NCBI GenBank assembly: GCA_964482425.1
Contig: CAYZXN010000221.1
Location: forward strand, 1 to 56,441
Direction of reading: 5' to 3'
DNA from: an uncultured Syntrophobacteraceae bacterium
Lineage (GTDB): Bacteria; Desulfobacterota; Binatia; UBA9968
DNA: 56,441 nt
The notes under the pieces were generated by a model. The model did no database searches. It saw only the letters and a program-made list of their open reading frames with translations, and was not told the DNA's origin. Each line of letters opens with the position of its first letter. Positions within the stretch are counted from its first letter, which is position 1. Made by a program: the position numbers and the translations under genes. This document shows positions 1 through 8,821 of this stretch, in pieces.

Positions 1-210
1 CTCATTGGCTCAAGTTCAAAAAGGGAATCTTATTAAAGGAAGTGTGCTCGGGGCGGCAAGAACCTCAACCGCATTCCCTCACCGGCATCGACAAACTAAT
101 AGCAAACGATAGGAGAAGAAAAAAGATCTCGGAAGTACTCGGAGCACCGCCATGGGTGTCGGGCTCACATCATTAGCGAAACGTTTGCTTATAGCAGTGA
201 AGTGAATCAA

Positions 211-1371
211 TCAGCCAGGTTGCTTCGCCAGCGGCAGCACGATCGTAAACGTCGTGCCCTTGCCTGGTTCGCTCACGTAGCTGATCGTTCCGCGGTGCTC
301 GCTGATGATCTGTTTTACGATTGGAAGTCCCAGTCCGGTGCCTTCGGGTTTGGTGGTTTTGAAGAGCTGAAAGACGTCGAGGCCGTCGGCAATGCCCGCG
401 CCGGTATCGGCGATTTGCAGGCTGATGCCTTCCTCTGAGCAAGCGGTTCTGAGGGTTAACCCACCGCCGTTCGGCATTGCCTCAACGGCGTTCTTGTAGA
501 GATTCAGAATGACCTGTTTCATTTTTTCCCGATCGAGCGGAACCCTGGGCATCCCTTCCTCGAATTGAAACGTTGTGGCGATTCTTTTCGAGCGGTTGCT
601 GCGCATTTCGGGAGCGAGAACCTCCTCGATGATCTGCGACAAATCGGCGGGCTGCAAGTTGAGCCGTTGCGGCCGCGCAAACGAGCGATAGTCCGACAGC
701 AATGAGGCCAGTCTCTGGATCTCCTGTTGGGCGATGTCGAGAGTCTCGATCAATACCGGGTTCTCTCCGCTTGGGAGCATGGATCTGACTATCTGCAATG
801 AGGTCGAAAGGCCATTGAGAGGGTTGCCGATCTCGTGCGCAAATACGGCTGCCGTCGTACCCAGCGTGGCCAGACGCTCCTTTTCCCGGAGCAGTCTTTG
901 CGCCTCCTTGCGCTCGGTGATATCCCGGATCGCCGCCGCCATCAGGATTTCCCCGCCGGTTTCGATCGGGCTCAAGCTGATCTCGACCGGAAACTCGCTG
1001 CCATCGTGTCGGACGGCGAATAGTTCCATCCCCGTACCCATTGGCCGAACGCGCGGGCTTTGCGAAAAAACAGCGCGATGCTCGCAATGCAAATCGCGAT
1101 ATCGGCTGGGCACCAGTTGTTCGACCGGCTTTCCCAGCAGTTCCTCTCGTTTGTAGCCGAACAATTTTTCGGTTTGTGAATTGATCAAAGCGATGGTTCC
1201 GCGTCTGTCGACGATCACCATAGCGTCGGGCGCCGACTCCAGTAACGAACGAAACCGTTTCTCGCTTTGCTCCAGACGCTGCACGGCAATTTCACGCTCG
1301 GCGTTTTGTCGCTGCAACTCACGACTGTCCGTCCCGGCGAACATGAAAAAATTACTCAGCAATTGGAACAT
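211..1371 (-). CDS. PAS-domain sensor histidine kinase
   Basis: 386-aa ORF. Has a PAS-like segment (SLLESAPDAMVIVDRRGTIALINSQTEKLFGY), an H-box (FAHEIGNPLNG) and ATPase N/G boxes (NLYKNAVEAM, DTGAGI, GTGLGLPIV). Confidence 0.9.
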   Translation of the reverse strand: MFQLLSNFFMFAGTDSRELQRQNAEREIAVQRLEQSEKRFRSLLESAPDAMVIVDRRGTIALINSQTEKLFGYKREELLGKPVEQLVPSRYRDLHCEHRAVFSQSPRVRPMGTGMELFAVRHDGSEFPVEISLSPIETGGEILMAAAIRDITERKEAQRLLREKERLATLGTTAAVFAHEIGNPLNGLSTSLQIVRSMLPSGENPVLIETLDIAQQEIQRLASLLSDYRSFARPQRLNLQPADLSQIIEEVLAPEMRSNRSKRIATTFQFEEGMPRVPLDREKMKQVILNLYKNAVEAMPNGGGLTLRTACSEEGISLQIADTGAGIADGLDVFQLFKTTKPEGTGLGLPIVKQIISEHRGTISYVSEPGKGTTFTIVLPLAKQPG

Positions 1372-1436
1372 GGTTTATTTTCTCGGCGGGATCGGACCGA
1401 TGTGCAATCCGTCGAACGTCAAGGATCGAGGACTGA

Positions 1437-1793
1437 TCAATGTAGCGGCTCTAGGCTCTGCAGCAAACCGCTCAGCGAAATCGGCTTTTCGATATAGAGC
1501 GCGCCTACCGCTTTAGCTTCAGCTTGCGCTTGCTCGGAACCGAATGCGGTAATAAGAATGAGACGTTTTCCGGCATCCATCCGGCTCTGGTATTTGAGGA
1601 CGTCGAGACCATTGACCCTTCCGGGCAGGCGAAAATCCGAGATCACGACATCGAATTTTATTTGTGAAATCAACTGCAGAGCAGTCTCGCCGTTTTCCGC
1701 CTGATGCACGGTAAACTCGGCGTTCTGGAGGAACATCGCTATGTTGCGACGCGATAAAGGGTTGTCTTCAACCAGGAGCAGGTTACACGACAT
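1437..1793 (-). CDS. single-domain response regulator (CheY-like receiver, no output domain)
   Basis: 118 aa. Has LLVEDNP, the phospho-acceptor context DVVISDFRLPG, and a conserved KP near the C-terminus. It lies immediately upstream of the kinase on the same strand. Confidence 0.9.
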   Translation of the reverse strand: MSCNLLLVEDNPLSRRNIAMFLQNAEFTVHQAENGETALQLISQIKFDVVISDFRLPGRVNGLDVLKYQSRMDAGKRLILITAFGSEQAQAEAKAVGALYIEKPISLSGLLQSLEPLH

Positions 1794-1967
1794 GTCGGGC
1801 TAAAGTATCAAATAACAAGCCAAAAACCAACAAAAAAGTCACTAGACACCATCGGCGCAGCTATCCGCAACTTTGGAGCATTGCGTAGCGTAAGGGCACT
1901 TTGGCGCCGGGTGGACCGGTTTTGGGAATCTTAGTCACCAGCTTTAAAGCAGTTTGTTTTCACTGAA

Positions 1968-2528
1968 TCACGGCGTCGCTCGCACCGCCGGCCTGTCGAG
2001 GAGGCGCTCCATCCAAGCTTTCACGTGCGGCAAGTCGTCGTTTATGATCGCACGATAGCGCTCTCGCCTGACAAAAAATGGAATGAAAGTAATGTCCGCA
2101 AGGGAGTATCCGTCGGCAATAAACTCCCGGCCGCGCATTTCTCTATCCAGCGTCGCCAGATAATTTTTAAGCTCTTGCGCCGATTCTTCGACTTTGTAGT
2201 TATGGGCTATATAGCCCGCGGCGCGCTGCAGACGGGTGTTACAGTAGTCGACCCAGATTCTTACGCGCGAGCGGGCCATCGGGGTTTTGGGCATCAACGG
2301 TGTTTGCGGATAACTCTCCTCGATATACTCGTTGATAATCGCCGACTCGTACACCACCGCATCGCCGTCCACCAAGACCGGAACCTTCCCGTACGGATTG
2401 AGTTCGAGAAGATCCTTGGGCTTGTTGCTAAGATCGCATTCTATCAAGTCGTAAGAAATCTTTTTTTCCGCCAGGACAAGCCTTGTCCTATGAGCATAGG
2501 GTCAGGGGCCGTAGGAATAGAGCTTCAT
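1968..2528 (-). CDS. glutathione S-transferase family protein with an in-frame TGA at 2502-2504 (candidate selenocysteine, or a nonsense pseudogene)
   Basis: The tracked ORF 1968..2447 starts at an internal TTG and lacks the beta1-alpha1 part of the GST fold. The same frame continues upstream as MKLYSYGP-TGA-PYAHRTRLVLAEKKISYDL from ATG 2528. That ATG is preceded by AAAGAGGAGGTGGCGACG, a strong SD. The rest aligns well with the GST paralog at 31138..31761. Confidence 0.6.
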
Positions 2529-2805
2529 CGTCGCCACCTCCTCTTTCCAGGACTTCTACCACCTGAGGGCGCTTACGGCAACAATCGGTTTTTACGCTCA
2601 GGACGACGGCCTCTTACCTGGCGCTCTGCAGGCATGGCGTTCTTGGCACGATAAAAACAAACTGTTGGGGCGAATAACAAGAATCGGACAAATGATTACC
2701 TCGCGCAAAGACCGCAAAGGACAACAAGTTCTAGATAAATTTTCTTTGCGCGCTAGCGCTCTTGGGGAGATCTCGTTGTGGCTTAGCTGCAACATGGCGG
2801 GCGAT

Positions 2806-2874
2806 TCCGAAATTCGATCCATCCGAATCTTCCGAAACGGTTTGAACTGCTTCAACGATTTGAACGGCTTGAAC
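2806..2874. repeat. degenerate ~9-nt tandem repeat ending in four hexamers TTGAAC/TTCAAC/TTGAAC/TTGAAC
   Basis: The hexamers start at 2842, 2851, 2860 and 2869, an exact 9-nt period. They are preceded by TCCGAA-like units at 2806, 2822 and 2831. The array lies about 140 nt upstream of the amidohydrolase ATG at 3012. Confidence 0.5.
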
Positions 2875-3011
2875 CCGTAAAACTTCGCGGTCTTCCCTGT
2901 ACCATTTTGCGTGAGATGTTGACACGCCGCCACGCGATGCGATAAGCGCCGGTATAGCGCGAGCAGTCATCGCCGTACCGCACCGTACGGGTTAGAGTAA
3001 CAGGAGTTGCC

Positions 3012-3941
3012 ATGATCATCGATACTCATTTCCACGCCTTTCCGAAAAAATTTCTCGAGCGGGTACCGGAGCAATCGAGGAGCGATGTGCGCGGCGTCGG
3101 CTTTCACGCGTTCGAGCACCAGGAATATCTAGATGTCATGGATAAACACGGCATCGACGTCGGTGTGCTTTCCAATACCGGCGGGCGCATCGAACAAGGC
3201 GGCGATCGCGCCAAGGCCCTCGAGCTTTGCAGGATTCTCAACGACGCGTTTGCCGAGGCTCACGCGAGGTACCCGCGCCGCTTCAAAGCATTCGCACGTC
3301 TGCCGATGATCGACATGGACGACTGCGTTCGCGAGCTTGAGCGCTGTTACAACGATCTCGCCATGCACGGCGTCATGCTGCCGACCAACCTTGCGGGAAA
3401 ATATCTCGATGAAGCGCAGTTCAAACCCTTTTGGGATGCGCTTGCGGCGCGCAGCAAACCGCTCTTTCTTCATCCCGCCAACGCCCCCTGCCAGTCCAAC
3501 TGGAAGGCCTACTCCCTGCACCAGAAGATCCTCTGGCCCACGGACAGCACACTGGCGATCTCGCGCATCATTTACAGCGGCATCTTCGATCGCTATCCCG
3601 AGCTGAAGTTGATCGCATCGCATTTGGGCGGCATGATTCTGCTCTACCTCGACCGCCTGAATTGGCGCGAAGGCAACGTCGACTGTCAACGCGACCCCGA
3701 AGAGTATTTCAAGAAGATTTATTACGACACTGCCGGCCCGATCCGGACCGAATTCATAAAGCTCGTCGTCGACACGGTGGGTGCGGGGCAGGTCTTGTTC
3801 GGCGCCGATTATCCTCATGGCCGGGGCGGGCGCGACGATCAGTTCTACCCGATGACACTGGAGGCCATGGCCAGGCTCGATATCCCTCAAGAGGACAAAG
3901 AAAAAATCTACTATCAGAACGCCCAGTCTCTGGGCTTCTAA
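3012..3941 (+). CDS. amidohydrolase-2 family protein (ACMSD-like metal-dependent hydrolase/decarboxylase)
   Basis: 309 aa. The N-terminus IIDTHFHAFP carries the HxH metal motif. SHLGG and FGADYPH motifs lie near the C-terminus. Confidence 0.85.
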   Translation: MIIDTHFHAFPKKFLERVPEQSRSDVRGVGFHAFEHQEYLDVMDKHGIDVGVLSNTGGRIEQGGDRAKALELCRILNDAFAEAHARYPRRFKAFARLPMIDMDDCVRELERCYNDLAMHGVMLPTNLAGKYLDEAQFKPFWDALAARSKPLFLHPANAPCQSNWKAYSLHQKILWPTDSTLAISRIIYSGIFDRYPELKLIASHLGGMILLYLDRLNWREGNVDCQRDPEEYFKKIYYDTAGPIRTEFIKLVVDTVGAGQVLFGADYPHGRGGRDDQFYPMTLEAMARLDIPQEDKEKIYYQNAQSLGF

Positions 3942-3952
3942 GGAGAAAATTT

Positions 3953-4309
3953 ATGGGTTACCGCCTGGAGCACGTGGCTATTTACTGTAACGACATTAAT
4001 GAGTCCATCAAGTTTTATGAGAAACATTTCAACGGGCACCCGACCGCGATTCGGAAAGGCTCGGCGGGTTACGGATTCTGTTTCGTCACCATCGATGGCG
4101 TTCCGTCCATACAATTGATGGAATCGGCCGGCAAAAGCGGCGTGCATCATTACGGCTTCATCAGCGACGACATCGAACAGACGGCAAAAGAGTTCCGCGA
4201 GAAAAACACGCAGATCCTGCGCGAAAACCGCGACGCGTCCGGCAAACTGACGACCATTTTTGTCCAGGATCCCAACGGTCTGGAAATGGAAATCCGCTCG
4301 GCTCGCTAA
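3953..4309 (+). CDS. VOC (glyoxalase/bleomycin-resistance/dioxygenase) family protein
   Basis: 118 aa beginning MGYRLEHVAIYCNDINESIKFYEKHF; also has HHYGF and QDPNGLEMEI. GGAG lies upstream of ATG 3953. The tracked ORF 3431..4309 is an over-extension in the same frame. Confidence 0.8.
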   Translation: MGYRLEHVAIYCNDINESIKFYEKHFNGHPTAIRKGSAGYGFCFVTIDGVPSIQLMESAGKSGVHHYGFISDDIEQTAKEFREKNTQILRENRDASGKLTTIFVQDPNGLEMEIRSAR

Positions 4310-4382
4310 CACGTCCGTCTTCCGCAAATGTCGCCTGCGGCTTCATTGGAGAGGATTGGCCGTCGGGCGGCGAGGAGGAACA

Positions 4383-5411
4383 ATGTCCGCTTGTCATTGG
4401 CAAAGCCATACCCTGCGATTCGCGATATTTTTTTTAGTCATGCTGCTGGTACACGCCAGCGCAATCGCTCTGGCGCAAACCGGAAAAGACGATATCGCCA
4501 TCGGTTACGCTTCACCCAGCGGCGTTATGACGCCGCTCTTTGTCGCTCAGGAACAAGGCCTTTTTAAAAAACACGGGCTTGGCGTCAAAGAGCTGCTGTT
4601 GTTGCGCGGCACCGGCCCGGCGGCGGCGCAAATGCTCGTGGCCGGCACGGCGCCGATAGCCGCACTGGGCGGCGCTTTGGTGGAGGGAGCGCTCCGCGGC
4701 GCCGACATCGCTTACATCGCCAGCACGTCCAACCATTTCATCTTCTCCATCTATTCACGAGCGAATATCGCGCGTCCGGAGGACCTGAAAGGAAAAACCG
4801 TCGCCGTCGATGCCAAGGGCGGCTCCATCGAGCTGGCCACCATTGTCGCGCTGAAACAGTTCGGTCTCACCCTCGGCAAAGACGTCAATTCGGTTTACCT
4901 GGGCGGCCCGGTGCCACAACTGGGCGCTTTGGAAAAAGGCATCGTCGATGCGACGACCCTGTCGGCACCGACTACGTTACGCGCGAAAAAAATGGGTTAT
5001 AAGGAATTGATCGATATCGGCGCGCTCAAGTTGAGCTACATCCATACCGCCATCGGTGTGAACCGGACATTCGCCAAAAGCAATCCGGACTCGGTGGAGG
5101 CCTTTCTCAAGGCCTACATCGAGGCAATCAAAATAACCCGGCAGGAACCGGATCTCGCGCTCAAGGCTATCGCCAGGTACACGAAGATTGCAGAGCCGGA
5201 AGCGCTCAAAGTCACGTATGAAACTTTTCTGCCGGCGTTCCAGGAACCGGTTCCTTACGTATCGCGCGATTCGGTCCAGGCGGTGTTGAATTTTTCCAGC
5301 TCGGGCGAAGCGAAGGCGCAGCGCGCCGAGGATTTTATCGACCACTCGTTTCTCAAGAAGATCGAAGGATCGTCTTTTGTTAAAAAGCTCTATGGCGGCG
5401 TCAAGCCATAA
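4383..5411 (+). CDS. NMT1/THI5-like (NitT/TauT-type) periplasmic substrate-binding protein
   Basis: ATG 4383 follows GAGGAGG. Signal peptide FAIFFLVMLLVHASAIALA. The SBP-like body includes DLKGKTVAV. No cognate permease or ATPase gene is adjacent. Confidence 0.8.
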   Translation: MSACHWQSHTLRFAIFFLVMLLVHASAIALAQTGKDDIAIGYASPSGVMTPLFVAQEQGLFKKHGLGVKELLLLRGTGPAAAQMLVAGTAPIAALGGALVEGALRGADIAYIASTSNHFIFSIYSRANIARPEDLKGKTVAVDAKGGSIELATIVALKQFGLTLGKDVNSVYLGGPVPQLGALEKGIVDATTLSAPTTLRAKKMGYKELIDIGALKLSYIHTAIGVNRTFAKSNPDSVEAFLKAYIEAIKITRQEPDLALKAIARYTKIAEPEALKVTYETFLPAFQEPVPYVSRDSVQAVLNFSSSGEAKAQRAEDFIDHSFLKKIEGSSFVKKLYGGVKP

Positions 5412-5536
5412 TGACGGCAACGCACAGAACCGAAGGCGGCCGCTTGATGTCATCCCGGATGCTGCTGCATGCGTAGCTCGTCGTTCGGTTGCGGCGTCAC
5501 TTTAAAGTAGAGTCGGGTACAATCGAGGATTGAGAT

Positions 5537-6922
5537 ATGCCGAAAGACATGCGCAGTTGGATCGCGCAATTGGAACGAGCAGGCGAGCTCATCCGCATCG
5601 CCAAGCCCGTGCATCCGCACACTCAGATGGGTGCGCTGTTGTATCAATCGCGCGAAAAAGGCCTGCTCTTTGAAAACCTCAACGGCTTCCCGGGCTGGCG
5701 CAGTCTGGGGATGGCGCCCGCCAACCTGCGCCATGCCGCGCTCGCTTTCGATACGACCATAGAAAAGTTAATCCCCACCGCCGCCGAACGGACTCTCAGG
5801 CGCCAGCCCGTCGAGCTGGTCGCCAAAGGGCCGGTCAAAGACGTAGTGTTGACGGGCGATCAGGTCGATCTGACCAAACTGCCGGCACATGTCGCCGGCA
5901 GCGAAGAAACTCCCTACATCGCATCCGGGCTAATGGTGGCGCGCGATCCCGACAGCGGTATTCGTAACGTCGCTTTTCACCGGTTGCAGATCAAAGGGCC
6001 GCGCCGAACCGGAGCCCTGATCGTGCCGCGCCATACCCGCGAGATCCTCAACAAGTACGAGGCGCGTAACCAAGCCATGCCGGTGTCGATTTTTATCGGC
6101 CACCACCCGCTCTATTACATGGCCGCAGCCAGCACCGGGGCATTCGAGATGGACGAGTTGGAACTGGCGGGCGGGCTCATCGGCGAATCCGCCCGGGTTG
6201 TCAAATGCCAGACCAACGATCTGGAAGTGCCGTTCGACGCGGAGATCGTTCTGGAAGGACGTATTCTACCCAATGTACGCGAGGATGAAGGGCCCTTTTC
6301 GGAGTTTCACGATTATTACGTCGCCGGCATGGGCAAGAATCCCGTTATCGAGATCGACTGCATCACCATGCGCCATGACGCCATCTTCAAGGCGATCCAG
6401 AACGGCTCCGAAGTTGAAGGTTGTATTTTTCACAAAGTCCCTTTCGGCGTCGCCGTTTACAACCACATCAAAAACATCGGCGGCTATGTCAACCTGCATA
6501 ATCTGCTGGTGCTGCCGGGCCTCTTCGGCATCGTCGTACAAATGACGCCGCGCTTCTACGGCGAGGCCAAGCAGGTCCTCATGGGTGTTCTGTCCAGCCC
6601 CATTCTGCACCCCAAGGTGGCGATCGCCGTCGACGCGGACGTCAACATCTTTAACTACTGGGAAGTGCTCTGGGCAATCAACACGCGCTGCAACCCGCAA
6701 GACGATATTGTCGTCATTCCCGGCACGCGCATGCATCCCATGGATCCAACCGGCTTCGAGCCGGTGCCGCCGGGAGGCCCCTACTGGCACAGGATCGGCG
6801 GCAAAGTAATTATCGACGCCACCAAGCCGCCGCTGTGCGCCGGCGAGCAGGCGCGCCAGCCTTTTCAACGGCTAAAGCCGAAAGGCTGGGAAACGGTCCG
6901 TCTGGAAGATTTTTTGCCGTAG
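5537..6922 (+). CDS. UbiD-family (prenyl-FMN dependent) decarboxylase
   Basis: 461 aa. The N-terminus MRSWIAQLERAGELIRIAKPV is typical of UbiD, and length and overall pattern fit the family. Confidence 0.9.
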   Translation: MPKDMRSWIAQLERAGELIRIAKPVHPHTQMGALLYQSREKGLLFENLNGFPGWRSLGMAPANLRHAALAFDTTIEKLIPTAAERTLRRQPVELVAKGPVKDVVLTGDQVDLTKLPAHVAGSEETPYIASGLMVARDPDSGIRNVAFHRLQIKGPRRTGALIVPRHTREILNKYEARNQAMPVSIFIGHHPLYYMAAASTGAFEMDELELAGGLIGESARVVKCQTNDLEVPFDAEIVLEGRILPNVREDEGPFSEFHDYYVAGMGKNPVIEIDCITMRHDAIFKAIQNGSEVEGCIFHKVPFGVAVYNHIKNIGGYVNLHNLLVLPGLFGIVVQMTPRFYGEAKQVLMGVLSSPILHPKVAIAVDADVNIFNYWEVLWAINTRCNPQDDIVVIPGTRMHPMDPTGFEPVPPGGPYWHRIGGKVIIDATKPPLCAGEQARQPFQRLKPKGWETVRLEDFLP

Positions 6923-6993
6923 GGAGAATCCGAATTTATCCAATGCCGGTGAGATAATGGAAGCCGGCGCAGCCAAACTCATGGGACCCAAGC

Positions 6994-7216
6994 GTTAGCC
7001 CTAATCCGACATTGTTTCGAAGTCGCTCGGACGATGAGCCCTACAGCCGTGGGCAATGGGACACTGCCTTGAAGGCCACCCCGCAATCCCCCGGAGGGTG
7101 ACGTTTCGTGCGTCGGGCCTTAACGCAACCTGTGCGCTCAAGTGCCCACGGCTTCCGGTCTCACCGTCGTTGCTCACTCCTGACTGTGCGCAATTTTTGT
7201 CGGATTAGGGTTAGCC
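6994..7216. repeat. long imperfect inverted repeat (rod-like hairpin) in a convergent intergenic region
   Basis: Outer arms CCCTAATCCGAC (6999-7010) and GTCGGATTAGGG (7199-7210) pair perfectly and extend with GU/AU pairs. Inner arms AGCCGTGGGCA (7045-7055) and TGCCCACGGCT (7143-7153) also pair perfectly. Further partial pairing lies between them. Confidence 0.5.
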
Positions 7217-7591
7217 TTGCGGCGGCTTGGCAAAACGCGCGGTGTTGATGACGGCGCGGCGGTGTGTGCCCTCGCCGATTTTAATGCCCTGATCATTGGT
7301 CGCCGATACTGCGTAACGGAGCTTGTTGCCTTGGATCTCCAGAAGCTCCGCGGTAATCGTCACCTCCTGACCGATCCTTGTCGCCGCCAAATGATGCACA
7401 TCGACGTAAATTCCCACAGTCTGCTCGTTTTCATCCAAGTACGGTTCGGTCAATTCAACGCAGGTTCGTTCCATCAGGCCGATCATCGCCGGCGTCGAGA
7501 ACACATCGGCGCTCAATTGCCGGGCGCGCATCTCCGGCGTCGTCAGATAGGACTGCGTGCGCGCCATACCGGACACCGGTGCTTTTTTCAT
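7211..7591 (-). CDS. hotdog-fold thioesterase (FlK-like family)
   Basis: 126 aa. FSTPAMIGLMERTC and GIYVDVHHLAATRIGQEVTITAEL are typical of small hotdog thioesterases. An alternative start exists at 7567. Confidence 0.75.
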   Translation of the reverse strand: MKKAPVSGMARTQSYLTTPEMRARQLSADVFSTPAMIGLMERTCVELTEPYLDENEQTVGIYVDVHHLAATRIGQEVTITAELLEIQGNKLRYAVSATNDQGIKIGEGTHRRAVINTARFAKPPQG

Positions 7592-7703
7592 CGCCGTAGA
7601 ATACCACGAGCGCGCCGATAATGAAGCTGTCGCCGCCCCTCACGGCGCGCTGCGACCGCTGCGCTCCGGCGGTATTTTGCGCCGTCCGGGAATCGCTGAT
7701 AGC

Positions 7704-7970
7704 ATGGCTTTCATGGACTCCGGGGGAACAATAAGCGTCATCCTGCGCAACAATAATTCCACTCTCGCGACCAACGAGTTCGAAGTGTTTGACAATACCT
7801 GGGGGCGGTCGGTAGGCACCTTTACGCTCAAGGGGGGCGAGTCGAGAGCCATCGAAATAAGCGCGGATGATTCGGGCAAGGGTAGCGTGAAGATACGCAA
7901 TCCCGACCTCGGCCCCAACGATTGGGTGCAAGTCGATGCGATCAGCGCCGGGGACGTGGTGACCGCATAG
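7704..7970 (+). CDS. small hypothetical protein (88 aa, beta-rich, no recognised family)
   Basis: Internal ATG of tracked ORF 7557..7970. The codon pattern looks coding. The competing minus-strand ORFs are Arg/Gly/Ala-rich, as expected for antisense artefacts. No clear SD. Confidence 0.45.
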   Translation: MAFMDSGGTISVILRNNNSTLATNEFEVFDNTWGRSVGTFTLKGGESRAIEISADDSGKGSVKIRNPDLGPNDWVQVDAISAGDVVTA

Positions 7971-8005
7971 GCCGCACAGCCGATCGCCAAAGGCGCGCCG
8001 CCACA

Positions 8006-8614
8006 ATGCTCACGGATCTCACCGTCTGCCCGATCCCCGCGGCGGTAAAAATACTCTACACGCTCTTTGTCTGCGTCCTGGTGCCGGCGTATTGGCGCCA
8101 ATACGGACCGGCTAATTTTCTCTGGTTCTCCGATCTCGCGCTGCTGATCGGACTGGCGGCGCTCTGGCTGGAAAGCCCCCTATTGGCGAGCATGCAGGCA
8201 GTCTCGGTGCTGTTATTGGAACTGATATGGAGCGCGGAGTTTCTGCTGGCGCTGGTGACCCGCAAACCGATCACCGGACTCGTCGATTACATGTTCAAAT
8301 CGGACAAGCCTCTATGGCTGCGCGGTTTGTCGCTGTTTCATCTTGCCTTGCCGCCCCTTCTGCTCTGGTTGGTCTATTGCTTCGGCTACGACCGGCGCGC
8401 CTGGATCGCGCAGACTATTTTGTTCTGGGTCGTAGTACCGATTTGCTTCTTTTTCACCAAACCGAGCGAGAACATCAATTGGGTGTTCGGGCCAGGCGAG
8501 CGGCCGCAACAGAGGATTTCACCACGGCTCTATTTCATATCGATAATGGCAGGCGTGCCGCTGTTCATTTACCTACCGACGCATTTTCTCCTCATTACTC
8601 TGCTGTCAAAATGA
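8006..8614 (+). CDS. integral membrane protein, uncharacterised
   Basis: About 202 aa from ATG 8006, with about six hydrophobic helices (e.g. ILYTLFVCVLVPAYW, LALLIGLAALWL, LLLWLVYCFGY). Confidence 0.6.
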   Translation: MLTDLTVCPIPAAVKILYTLFVCVLVPAYWRQYGPANFLWFSDLALLIGLAALWLESPLLASMQAVSVLLLELIWSAEFLLALVTRKPITGLVDYMFKSDKPLWLRGLSLFHLALPPLLLWLVYCFGYDRRAWIAQTILFWVVVPICFFFTKPSENINWVFGPGERPQQRISPRLYFISIMAGVPLFIYLPTHFLLITLLSK

Positions 8615-8821
8615 CCGACAGCAAACTGACCCGAGCCCTGGAATGCTGGCCGGCAAACTCGATAACAAGTCTTACCGCACCCAATACAGGCGCCGCTATT
8701 TTTGCTTCGTGCTCTTTAGTTCTTTTCTCCTGCCGCTGCGGCTTCGAAAGGACAAACGCCGTCCTTGCCCCTTAGCGAATCACAATCGTGTTTTGTGATC
8801 GTGGCATGTGAATACGCGCAG

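Noticed and set aside
2598-2970. Three overlapping 70-110-aa ORFs in the GST/amidohydrolase intergenic region
   Set aside because: They run through the 9-nt tandem repeat, which produces tripeptide periodicity. They have no RBS and implausible composition.
3129-3890. 253-aa minus-strand ORF and overlapping plus-strand alternative frames (3337..3606, 3431..3952)
   Set aside because: They overlap the amidohydrolase gene. Only the 3953..4309 part of the 3431 frame matches a known fold (VOC).
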